From the NCBI GenBank assembly GCA_963693365.1, contig CAVNZM010000011.1, forward strand, positions 1 to 64,000: a stretch of DNA of 64,000 bases. Direction: 5' to 3'. Under the pieces are notes generated by a model. The model was not told the DNA's origin. It was given only the letters and a program-made list of their open reading frames with translations, and searched no databases. The DNA is from Amoebidium appalachense (lineage: Eukaryota; Protista; Ichthyosporea). The position numbers and the translations under genes were made by a program. Shown here piece after piece: positions 53,479 through 64,000 of this stretch (positions within the stretch are counted from its first letter, which is position 1; every line of letters starts with the position of its first letter).

Positions 53479-55220
53479 AAGGTGTTTTCAAGTCCATTGT
53501 CCCTTCCGCATGCATGCCCGCTCGTAGTGTGCATGCCTCGTTGTAGCTGCTTTGAAAACTTCCAGGCAGAGGGACGGAAGGATATACGTACTTGGTGTGC
53601 AGGTTTTCACTGTCTCGGGCCCGTTGCCTTCCTACATCCGCGCAAACCTTGCTCGAGCTCTGACATTCCCTTAGCAATAATTTCGAAGAAAACTCCAAAA
53701 AGACATTTCACGTAAACAATAATTTCGAAGAAAACTCCAAAAAGACATTTCACGTAAGCAATAATTTACGAAGAAAACTCCAAAAAGACATTTCACGTAA
53801 ACCCCTTTATGGCCTAAAAATAGGCTGCTGGGGCCCTCCGTGGTGTGGGCCTGGCTCCAATCAGCTCCTTGCAATGCAATTAATGGCAGTGTCGGTGCAG
53901 TTTGAAAAGGAGGGGGGCTCATTATTGCTGGCTTATTAGCACACATGAGTGCCGGGAAGGGGACCCGGGGACCCGGGGGGGGGGGGGGGGGGGGGAGGTG
54001 GGGCTCATAATTGCTGGAGGAGGGGGGGGGGGGGCTCATAATTGCTGGAGGGGGAGGGGGGCTCATAATTGCTGGAGGGGGGGGGGTTCATAATTGCTGG
54101 AGGGGGGGGCTCATAATTGCTGGAGGGGGGGGGGGGGGCGCATAATTGCTGGAGGAGGGGAGGGGGGAGGCTCATAATTGCTGGAGGGAGGGGGGGGGGG
54201 GGGGGCTCATAATTGCTGGAGGGGGGGGGGGGGCTCATAATTGCAGGAGGAGGGGGGGGGCTCATAATTGCTGGCTTATCAGCAGACATGAGTGTGGGGA
54301 AGGGGGCCGGGATGAGGGGGGGGGGAGAAAGGAGGGCCGGGGGGGGGGGGGGTGTCAAAATTGCTGGCTTATAGCACACATGAGTGCCGGGAAAGGGCCG
54401 CCCGGAGAGGGGGGGGGGGGGGGGGGGGGGGAGGGAGGCTCAATAATTATTCCTGGTATATCAGCACTCATGAGTGCCGGGAAGGGGACCGGGGGGAGTT
54501 GCTATATATAGCACACGACAAGACAGCGGCCCAGTAGAGGTATCGTATTGTGGCCCCATGGGCCCAGTGTATTTATTGGTATATTTAATGGGGTCGGAAG
54601 GCGATATACAGAGCACAAGTACACACGGACAACTCAATGCATGAATTGTACTCAAGAGTATGAACCATATGCAGAGCCCATCCCGGAAGGAGGCCCAAGC
54701 AATTCACAGTACCTGAGTTTTGGCCCATCCACCGTAATAATCAAGCCCATCTAAGAAAGGGGGCACCGGGGGGAGGGGGAGAGGGGGGGGGGGGGGGGGG
54801 GGGGGGGGTTGAATGCGGAACACGGTACGAAGTACGCATACACGAAGGACACATGCAAAGGCAAACATTCAAGTATGCGACATCAGCCATGCGCACAGTA
54901 TGCGTCATAAGCAGAGCCCATCCTCAGGGAGGGCCCAAGTCATCAATTGCGTCTGAGTTTCGACCCCTTAGCCCGCGTATATACGACTCTCCAACTCAAA
55001 CAGCAGCATCAACTAAACTGGGGGGGGGGGGGGGGGGGGGGGAGGGGGGGGAGGGGGGAGAGAGAGAGAGAGGAGGACGGCGAGAGAGAAACAAGGGAGA
55101 GCGAGAAAGAGGAGGAGAATCAAAAGGAGATAAAGAGAGAGTGGTGGGTAGATGCCAGTGGGTGGATGGGCGGATAGATGGATGGGTGTGTGGTGGGGGG
55201 GAGCAGGGGAGGCTGCCCCC

Positions 55221-55259
<39 letters not shown>

Positions 55260-56739
55260 TGCATCAAAAGCAGACCGACGTGTACATAGCATGCCACATA
55301 CAACCATGCACACCAGCCATTGAATCAAGCCGTATGCAGACTCAATGTGTGCAATTTACGAACATACCGCGGGAATACAAGAGATAATGGCATGCCAAAG
55401 CAAACACCTCATAGTTAATGTATGCAAAACAAACATGCGAGTATACATGTAACACGATTAGGCCGCACCCTTACGCAAAAGCCAAGTAATAGACTATGTT
55501 CAGAGGGAGGGGGGAAGGGGGGGTGAGGGGGGGAGCCAAGTTATTGACTGTGGAGGGAAGAGGGGAGGAAGGGGTGGAGGGGGAGGGGGGGGGGGAGGGG
55601 GGAAAGAGCTTAAGCTCGTGTATCACATTCTAAGCTTGAATGTGATACACAATAGGAAGTATAAATCTGAAACTAATAATGAGGGAAATTGGTAGAAGAT
55701 GGGCCCGGGAAGGTGCCCGGGGAGGAGGAGGGGGGGGGGAGGGGTGGCAAGTGATAGCATATGGAGAGCGGGGGACAGGGGGGAGAGGGGGGAATGGTAT
55801 TTAACAAGGGGTGTCGGAGCCACCTGTGGCAACCCACACCCACTCATACTCCCCCCAACCCCTCTGCAAACAAGCAAATAGAAGGTAACCTTTCTGTACA
55901 CCTCCCTCCCAGTTGTTTTTTTGTTTCGGTATCTCCTGCCTGATCGAGGTTTTGCACTTCCGATAAGTAACGAGAGGGAAATCATGCCTGAGCAGCACAT
56001 AGAGAGGATGCCCCTCGCCTTTCTACCCCCCCCCCCCCTCCCCCGGATACACCCACTCCGTCCCTCCCCTTCCCTCCCTCCCTCCACTCCCCCTGCCCAA
56101 ACACATAAGAGTCGTAACAGACAAATAAACAACACAAACCATGCCTTAGAGCACACCTACGCCGTCGACCACAGCAACTCGGAAAAAACTCTGAGGAGCA
56201 AGCCAGGGGTTAGAGGGTTGTACCTGAGCCGTGCTCTCCTGCAGACAATGGGAGGTGTTGCAGTGCTCAGAGACCACGGCCACGTGTGGGGTGAAGGGTG
56301 TGCTATCCGGGGTCTCCTGTGTGTGTGCTTAGATGGAAGGGGCCTTGCACTTGCATGGATGGTGTTTATTGTGTGTGTATGTGTACATCTTTGGCGTGTG
56401 TGCGGTTGTGCTTGTGTTTGCGTCTATCTACGTAGTTTACGTGTCCTGTGTATTGTGTGTTTGTGTGTTCGCACGCGCTCACGGGAGCCTGTGTGTCTAC
56501 GGGCGCGTGTGTGAATGTGCGCGTGCACGTGTGCTTATGGCTTTACAGGCATGGGAGCGTGTATGAAAGCTGGAGTACGTGCTGGTGTGTGCGTGTGTGC
56601 GTGTTGTGTGTCCAGCATATGCTGTAGTTGATATTAGTGCGTTAATGCTTGTGTGTGTGTGTGCAGGCTTGCATGCACACCACCGTCCTTGCGAGCGTGT
56701 GCTTTTGCTATGTATGCGGTTGAGAGAATGGTTGTTTGT

Positions 56740-56814
<75 letters not shown>

Positions 56815-57138
56815 TTCGTGCACGTGTGCGTACGTAGCTGTATGTGGCGTGTTGTGTTGTGTATGCGGTCATGTGTCTCCGTGCAGTGATGTGTGTGTTG
56901 AGCTAAAAATGCTGAAACCATCCCGTTGTGGGCAGACCGTGGTGCCTGGTTGTGCAGTAACGCGTTTCTTTCTTGCCTGCACGCTGTGTATTGAGTGTTG
57001 CCGCAGGCCCTGCCTGGTCCCAAGAGGTGCTGGGCTGCGCGGGCTGTGGGTCGAAAGCGGGGCAGTGTATGCATGCACACAGTGTGTCGGCCCTCAGGCA
57101 CACGCTGGCAACAAGCACTTGCCCACAAGCGCGGCATG
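51171..57138 (-). CDS. Possible multi-exon hypothetical gene, divergent from the mutase
   Basis: Terminal exon 51253-51171 ctgcag|PRPVEVKDMAVAAQNFFKCSEATFQC*. Candidate exons ETPDSTPFTPHVAVVSEHCNTSHCLQESTAQ|gt (~56317-56224) and SFFRVAVVDG|gt. Candidate ATG at 57138 next to a CCAAT cluster. Full structure not resolved. Confidence 0.35.
53674..53799. repeat. 42-bp direct repeat x3 (CAATAATTTCGAAGAAAACTCCAAAAAGACATTTCACGTAA+1 nt)
   Basis: Copies at 53675, 53717 and 53759, contiguous with no spacers. Confidence 0.95.
53915..54492. repeat. Array of GCTCATAATTGCTGG(A) separated by variable G-runs, with four longer units ending CATGAGTGCCGGGAAGGGG
   Basis: Read directly. Confidence 0.9.
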
Positions 57139-57204
57139 CTGAGACTGGAAACAGAAGTTGCCGGGCGACTCATTGTCAATCGCCCGCCCATTGTGCCAGG
57201 CCTC

Positions 57205-57360
57205 CAGCTGATTGGTCTAAAGGTTCATGCCTAATATGGAAGGCTGGATGGGGAAGTCAGACAGAGTTGTTTGATTGGATACCCCAACCCGTCCGCTCAA
57301 ATATGATTGGTGTGGAATGCGTAGAAGGCTCGTTGAAACAGCTGATATGATTGGCTAAAT
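57205..57360. promoter_or_regulatory. Cluster of four CCAAT boxes (TGATTGG)
   Basis: ctgattggtc, ttgattggat, atgattggtg and atgattggct within ~150 bp of intergenic DNA. Confidence 0.5.
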
Positions 57361-58251
57361 ATGGAGATAGTGTAAAAGCAAGTTCAACCGGGTCCGTGAC
57401 AACCAGATGCAGTTGAGCACGTCTCAGAAGTAGTCGTTAGAACGGGCTTAGCACTGATTTTTTTTTTCCGGATAACATTTTTTTTGATTTTTAGATACCA
57501 AAACTAGAACGGATAATCTTATTCGGTGCTACACAAGAGATGAAAATAAATTCAAATCAGTGACTCGAGATCTGGGTATTGGCGAGCCGATCGGCATACC
57601 GATCCGCCTGATTCCGCTCCCTTGCTAGCTACAATTTCAGCTCAACGCACATTATTTTTGGCTAACAGTTGTGCAACTAAGTTCTGCCCACTATTAGCTA
57701 TTTGTATGCAGCAACAACTAGTACAGTACTACATCGGTATAAAGTGTGTGTCTAAATAAAGCAAAATACGTGACTACAACTTCCTTCGGCGGAGAACCTT
57801 GGAGCGCGGCCAGTGGGGGGAGCGTGGTGTCACAAACTTAAAGGTGAGTAAATTTTCCTGACTGGAATCATTGAGCCTCGTTTAATGACCCTTCCCCTAA
57901 TAGCCTATCATAAACATTATTATCCGGTAATAGTATATTATAGACCTTGTTGAATATAAAATAAGGCATTTTTTTTATAAAAATTCTAATTTTAATCACT
58001 TTTTGCAGCCTCCAAATCGAACAATGGTCATAGAAGGAGCAGATGGCTCGCTGGTCCAAAAGGCAACATTATTTTGCCCCCTTCCGAAAGAATTGGGCTG
58101 TGTGCCGTGCAAAACCGCGTTCCACCCAAGGCAGCCTTGTCAGTTGGTCCTTGCAAGGTGGGTGTCGGACTGTCTGGCGGTCGGTGCGCTCTGTGGGTGT
58201 GCTTTAGGGAGCAGGCCTTGACGCTTTCCCCCGCAGACCGCAACCTATAAC

Positions 58252-59228
58252 ATGCCAGGAATACTGCAGGCTCTCGCCACATACGCGCCGGCTGTGGTGC
58301 AGCCGCTGAGGCAGCATGCCAGCCTCGTGGTAGGGCTTTCTCTCCCTAGCGTTGGTGCGGGGGGCCAGCTGGTGGGTGCTGACTTGTGTGCAGGTGCGCA
58401 CAGCAGCCTACGCCACGTCGGCCAAGGCGAAGGAGAAGTGGCTGGCACAGGCCAGCAAGGAGCTGAAGGGAAAGAACCCCGAGGAGGCTCTGGCCTGGCA
58501 CACCCAGGATGTAGGTTCCGCCCTGGCACACACAGGGGGTTGCTCAACTGGGAGGTTCGGGAGTGTTGGCCTAGGGGTGGCTTTCACCTGAAGATTTTCA
58601 CTGGGCACGTTCTCTGGTCCTCCACACTTGGTCTAGTCAAATTGCTACGCTACTTGGCTTTGTGGTTTTGACTTAACCTTTTTCAGCTAGAGGCCCTGCT
58701 CTTTGACAGGACAAGCAGGGAAGGTTAAATGGAGAACAGGGGCAGTTGCAGGGCTGCTACCGGTCTCCCTACTGGTGGCCAGAGAGGCTGGGCACAGGCT
58801 GACGGGAATGGGACAGAACATCACGATCAAGCCGCTGTACACCAGCGACGACTATGTCGAGAACAACGAGCTCCCCGGCCTGTTCCCCTACACACGTGGC
58901 CCCAACGCCACAATGTACGCCAACCGGCCGTGGACTATCCGGCAGTATGCTGGGTTCAGCACGGTAGAGGAGAGTAACGCCTTTTACCTCAAAAACATTG
59001 CCGCCGGGCAGCAAGGTCTGAGTGTGGCCTTCGATCTGGCTACCCATCGTGGGTGGGTGCAAAGACCCTGAAGGGGGGGGGGGGGGGGGGGGAGGGGGGA
59101 GGGGGCAGTTGCTGACGGATCCTTGCAGGTACGACTCTGACAACCCACGTGTGGTCGGTGACGTGGGCATGGCTGGTGTGGCCATCGATTCTGTTGAGGA
59201 CATGAAGGTGAGTTTGGGGGGTGTTTTT

Positions 59229-59259
<31 letters not shown>

Positions 59260-60009
59260 GGGGAATGTTCTTTGGGACCGAATCAGGGACGGAGAGTTCT
59301 GGCAGGACAAGGAGTTGCCAGAGAGAAGAGAGCTTATGTCTCGACGGTGGCGCAAGGATTGGTGTTTGTGCGGCTTCTATTATTAGTAACTCGCGGGGAT
59401 TTCTCTCTCTTGGTAGCCCAAGGGAGCTCGCTAGTGTCAGTAGAAAGTGCCGGTGTGCTGGGGGACTGCACGGCTATGTTTTATGTTCTTTGTGGTGGCC
59501 GGGTGTGTGTGCTGACGCGTGGAGCTGCAGCAATTGTTCGACCAAATCCCTCTGGACAAAATGAGTGTGTCCATGACCATGAATGGTGCTGTGCTGCCCA
59601 TTCTCGGCATGTACGTGGCGGCCGCCGAGGAATCGGTAAGCTACCCCTTCTGTGTGCCTGCTCGCGCCGTCTATCGTGATAGTCAACCTCCCTCTTCTAT
59701 AGCCTTCCCTTGCCCGGCCGTCCGCATCCTGTGTTCGTTTGTGCGCGGTGGTCTTAGATTTGCTTTGTGTCCTTGTACTTTGTTCTGTACTCTAACCTCT
59801 CTCTGCCCTCCTCCCCACTCTTGCCATGGCCCCACCAGCTCCTTGTACGTGCTTGTCATGGAGCACTCTTGTACGAACCTCACATAGGATTTCCTCTGTC
59901 AGGCATGCATGCCCTCTCACCCTTACTGTGAACATAACCGGGAAGGATTCTTGCTCCATTTATTCTCCATCTGTGTGTGTCGGGAAGTCCCAGATTGAAA
60001 GCGAAGAAT

Positions 60010-60044
<35 letters not shown>

Positions 60045-60288
60045 AATCAAAAGCCTTGCATTGCATCCCCCCCCCCCCCCACCAAAGCACCCAGCACCAC
60101 CACATGTGCGCAGGCACTCGCGCGCGCGCGCGCGCACACACACACGCGCGCACACACACACGCACCATTCTCCGCTTTCAATCTGGGACTTCCCGACATA
60201 TTCCCTCCCAAAAAGCTCTCGTGCCTCCATCCTTCTTTCTGCGCTACTGATTCTTCCCTTGTATAAAACACGCTATTTTCGTGCTATG

Positions 60289-60337
<49 letters not shown>

Positions 60338-60342
60338 CTCCC

Positions 60343-60420
<78 letters not shown>

Positions 60421-61499
60421 CCCCTTCCACCCAGCCAAAACCATATTGCCAGTCACTGCAAGCAATGGTGTTGCTCATGGCCTACACTGCATGCAATGCC
60501 GCTGTCCATGCTCCCTCACGTCCACCCTTCACACTGCGAATAATGCTCTTGCTAATCGAAGTACGATGCCCATTGGGCAAAGTATCCAATCGAGTTTCTG
60601 CACAACTTAATCAACTTTAATGCTCGGTGTTTTCAGTCATCCCACCCACACCCATCCAGCACACTAGCTCTTTTCCAAGTGGTGTGCTGTAGGTGTGGCA
60701 CCGTGCTCATTCACACTGTGTGGTTGTTTGAAGAGGCCCTGTGCTGCTGAGGCGGGATGGTTTGCAGCAAAGACATTTTACCTGGAAAGAAGTCAGGGGG
60801 GGGGGGAGGAGAATATAGTGCACGGTGAAGGCCGGTAATGACGTGTGGTTCGTGCAGGGGGTGGCGCAGGAAAAGCTTGCCGGCACGATCCAGAACGACA
60901 TTCTCAAGGAGTTCATGGTGCGCAACACCTTCATCTACCCCCCTGAGCCCTCCATGAAGGCCATCTCGGACATCTTCGGCTATACCGCAAAGGCACGTCT
61001 CTCATGTCTTTTCTCTGCCTTTTTCTACTTTTTTTGGTGTGCCGCGGGGGGGGGGGGGGGGGGAGGGGGGAGGGAGGATCTGTGCTATTGCAGCACGGGT
61101 AGTGTGTGGACTTTCAAGGGCGAAATTGTGACGGTATGGTGGCGGTGCAGCACATGCCCAAGTGGAACAGCATCAGCATCAGCGGTTACCACATGCAGGA
61201 GGCCGGGGCCAATGCCGTGCTGGAGCTGGCCTTCACCATTGCCGACGGCCTGCAGTACTGCCAGACGGGCGTGGACAGCGGCCTGGACATCGACGACTTT
61301 GCCCCCCGCCTGTCCTTCTTCTGGGCCATCGGCATGAACTTCTACACCGTACGTGCCCCTTTGCCTGCACGTGCAACCCTTGGCCCACTATGCCCGCCCT
61401 TTCAGCAGCACTGGGGTGCTTCTTTCACTTGCACACCCAAACACAACCACACGATGGATTGCTTTGCTCTCCTCCGCCCCCACACACACATTCTTGCTT

Positions 61500-61533
<34 letters not shown>

Positions 61534-61648
61534 ACATACACACCATTCTTGGCAAACAAATTAAATCAGGCACTATCGTTATCAATGGATTTGCGCCCGT
61601 GCATTGTTCATGCATGCCATTAGGTGCACCGTTTGTCTGCCCCCTTCT

Positions 61649-61696
<48 letters not shown>

Positions 61697-64000
61697 ACAT
61701 ACACAACCAGTCAACGCAAGCAAGATCTGACACCCACCCCCCTGCACGAGCAGGAGATTGCCAAGATGCGTGCAGCGCGTAGGCTGTGGGCCAACCTTGT
61801 CAAGGAGCGGTTCAACCCCAAGAACAACAAGTCCATGATGCTGCGCACGCACAGCCAGACCAGCGGCTGGTCGCTGACCGAGCAGGACCCCTACAACAAC
61901 ATCATCCGCACCACCATCGAGGCCATGGCCTCTGTCTTTGGCGGCACCCAGAGTCTGCACACAAATGCCCTGGACGAGGCCCTGGGCCTGCCCACCGAGT
62001 TCAGTGCCCGCATTGCGCGCAACACGCAGATCATCATCCAGGAGGAGACGGGCATCACAAAGGTCATCGACCCGTGGGGGGGCAGCTACCTGATGGAGAA
62101 CCTGACCAACACGATTCATGATGAGGCCCTCAAGGTCATCAAGGAAGTCGATGCCCTGGGCGGCATGGCCAAGGCCGTGGCCAGCGGCATGCCTAAGCTA
62201 AGAATCGAGGAGTGCGCTGCCAAGCGCCAGGCTAAGATCGACTCTGGCAAGGGTGTGTGCTTTTGTGCATATCGGGGGAGGGGGGGGGGGGGGGGGGGGG
62301 AGAGCTGTTGCTGACGTGTGCCTGCAGAGGTGATTGTGGGTGTCAACAAGTACCGCCTGGCCAAGGAGGAGCCCTTCGACGTGCTGTAGGTGTCCTGCCT
62401 ACGGTGTCGGTCTTAGTTCCACCTCATGTGTGATGTGCCCAAACCTCGTTCTAGCCACCCCCCCTCCCCCGGTGCGCATGGCTGATGTTGCATGTTTAAA
62501 TGTTTGCCCTTGCATGTGTTCTGCTCCTCATTGTGTATGTGTACTTCGTACTATGTTCCTCATTCAACCCCCCCTCCCCCCAAGCATCTGGCAAGTGCAT
62601 GTCCCTGCTACTGGCACCCAAGTCCAAAGCAGCTCTTGTGTGGTGGCTGTATGCATGGCTGACGGGGACGCAGGGAGATCGACAACACGATGGTGCGCAA
62701 CAAGCAGGTTGCCAAGCTGGAGAAGATCAGGGCCACACGTGACAGCGCAAAGGCCCAGGCCTGCCTCGATGCCCTGACTGAGTGCGCTAAGACCGGCCAG
62801 GGCAACCTGATGGACCTGTCCATCAAGGTGGGTGTGTGTGTGGTGGTGGGGGCATGCAAGTGGTGCAGGGGGCTCACTAGGGGGTGTGTGGTGGTGGGGG
62901 CATGCAAGTGGTGCTGGGGCTCACTAGGGGCTGTGTGGTGGTGGGGGCATGCAAGTGGTGCACCACTCCAGGGGCTCACTAGGGGCTGCAGGCTGCGCGT
63001 GCACGGTGCACGGTTGGGGAGATCTCGTTGGCGCTGGAGAAGGTTTGGGGCCGCCACAAGCCCGTGGACCGCATGGTCAGCGGGGCCTATGCCAGCGAGT
63101 ATGCCGACGCCAACACCCTCAAGAAGGCCCAGGATGCAGTCAAGAGCTTTGCTACGGCCGAGGGCCGGCCCCCCCGTATCCTCATGGCCAAGATGGGCCA
63201 GGACGGACACGACCGCGGGGCTAAGGTCGTGGCCACGGCCTTTGCCGACCTGGGCTTCGACGTCGACATCGGCCCCCTGTTCCAGGTCCGTGCCATGCCT
63301 GCTGCCTGCTAAGGGCTGAAGGGGAGGGGGTGGGCTTGGGGAGGAAGGAGGGGGAGACCATGGGTGGCCTAATGCTGCAGCACATTGAGGACACTCGGGG
63401 GGAATCAGAACTGCACTTAGGGAGAGGGGGGGGGGAGGGGGGGGGGGGGGGGGGGGGCGGGGGGTCCGCCCGGGTCGCACGCACCTCGTCCATGTCGATG
63501 GCCATCTTGCTGGTGGTGGCCCCGTTGTAGCTGTCGCAGATGTCAATGACGTCCGCCAACACCATGTAGTCGCCCGTGAACATGCGTGAGAGCAGTGCGT
63601 CCGTGTGCACGGCGAAGTCGGTCGAGACGTAGCGGGCAAGCGCACAGTAGGGGGGGCACATAACTGCACTGGGCGGGGCACATAGCTGCGCTGGGGAGGT
63701 TCATGGCTGCATTAGGACATAGATGCACGGGAGGGGCTTATGACCTCCCTAGGGGGCACATAGCACCACCAGGGGGACTCATGAGCCGCTGGGTGTGACT
63801 GGTGGAGGTGTGTGCTGACTTGTAGGGGGCTACAGACGCCCGAGGAGGTGGCCCGGCAGGCTGTGGATGCCGACGTCCACGTGGTCGGCGTCAGCAGTCT
63901 GGCGGCCGGCCACAAGACGCTGGTGCCGGCCCTCAAGAAGCAGCTGGCAGACATGGGCCGGGCTGACATCATCGTCACGGCCGGCGGTGTCATCCCCCCC
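58252..64000 (+). CDS. MMUT: Mitochondrial methylmalonyl-CoA mutase (adenosylcobalamin-dependent), 3'-truncated by the window. Exons 58252-58329, 58394-58510, 58817-59052, 59129-59207, 59531-59635, 60858-60992, 61151-61348, 61754-62252, 62328-62385, 62674-62827, 62992-63285, 63836->64000
   Basis: [89 protein letters not shown], cobalamin motif MGQDGHDRG and [10 protein letters not shown]. All joins are in phase, with one GC donor at 60993. Confidence 0.97.
59978..60198. mobile_element. Foldback/MITE-like element in an MMUT intron
   Basis: 36-bp inverted arms TGTCGGGAAGTCCCAGATTGAAAGCG(A/G)AGAATGGTG with one mismatch, extended inward by (TG)n/(CA)n. No clear TSD. Confidence 0.7.
62828..62991 (+). 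repeat. Intron made almost entirely of three ~50-bp units (TGTGTGGTGGTGGGGGCATGCAAGTGGTGC...GGGGCTCACTAGGGG)
   Basis: Each unit has GCTCAC followed by TAG. The array spans donor to acceptor. Confidence 0.9.
63485..63649 (-). pseudogene. Antisense coding fragment inside an MMUT intron, resembling the C-terminal end of a KilA-N domain
   Basis: [55 protein letters not shown]|gtgcgt, with strong GC3 bias. [11 protein letters not shown] is close to the KilA-N pattern LA(R/Q)W(I/L)SP(E/D)FAV (recognised from memory). Confidence 0.5.

Noticed and set aside
53674-54492. CRISPR-like appearance of the 42-bp repeats and the 16-mer/poly-G array
   Set aside because: No unique spacers, no cas genes, and the context is eukaryotic and intron-rich.
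62381-62392. Apparent in-frame TAG in MMUT suggesting stop-codon recoding
   Set aside because: The donor lies inside it (CT|GTAGGT) and splicing to 62674 restores DVLEIDN.

Overview
Intron-rich eukaryotic genomic DNA, probably a microbial eukaryote (it has a B12-dependent methylmalonyl-CoA mutase, very dense (CA)n, poly-G/C and minisatellite tracts, and GT-AG introns plus two GC-AG introns). Most ORFs in the supplied track are artefacts of simple repeats. By joining exons manually I can support six genes: a secreted reprolysin/M12B-type metzincin with Cys-rich C-terminal repeats (+); a head-to-head pair of probably mitochondrion-targeted genes (an unknown protein on -, a TPR-like protein on +); an IBTK/Btb1-like ankyrin-RCC1-BTB gene (-); a His-motif multipass membrane protein (+); and methylmalonyl-CoA mutase (+, truncated by the window end). 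Two more genes are weakly supported. Mobile DNA includes a solo LTR with a perfect TSD, a degenerate intron-bearing PIF/Harbinger transposon, two copies of a Kolobok-like MITE, a foldback element and short LINE-like fragments. The most unusual signals are (i) intron-specific minisatellites whose units repeat splice signals, including nine back-to-back GT...AG units, (ii) (CA)n tracts replacing the polypyrimidine tract right up to the 3' AG, (iii) local duplications of exon ends, and (iv) an antisense KilA-N-like fragment inside a mutase intron. Family assignments rest on motif recognition from memory; no searches were run.
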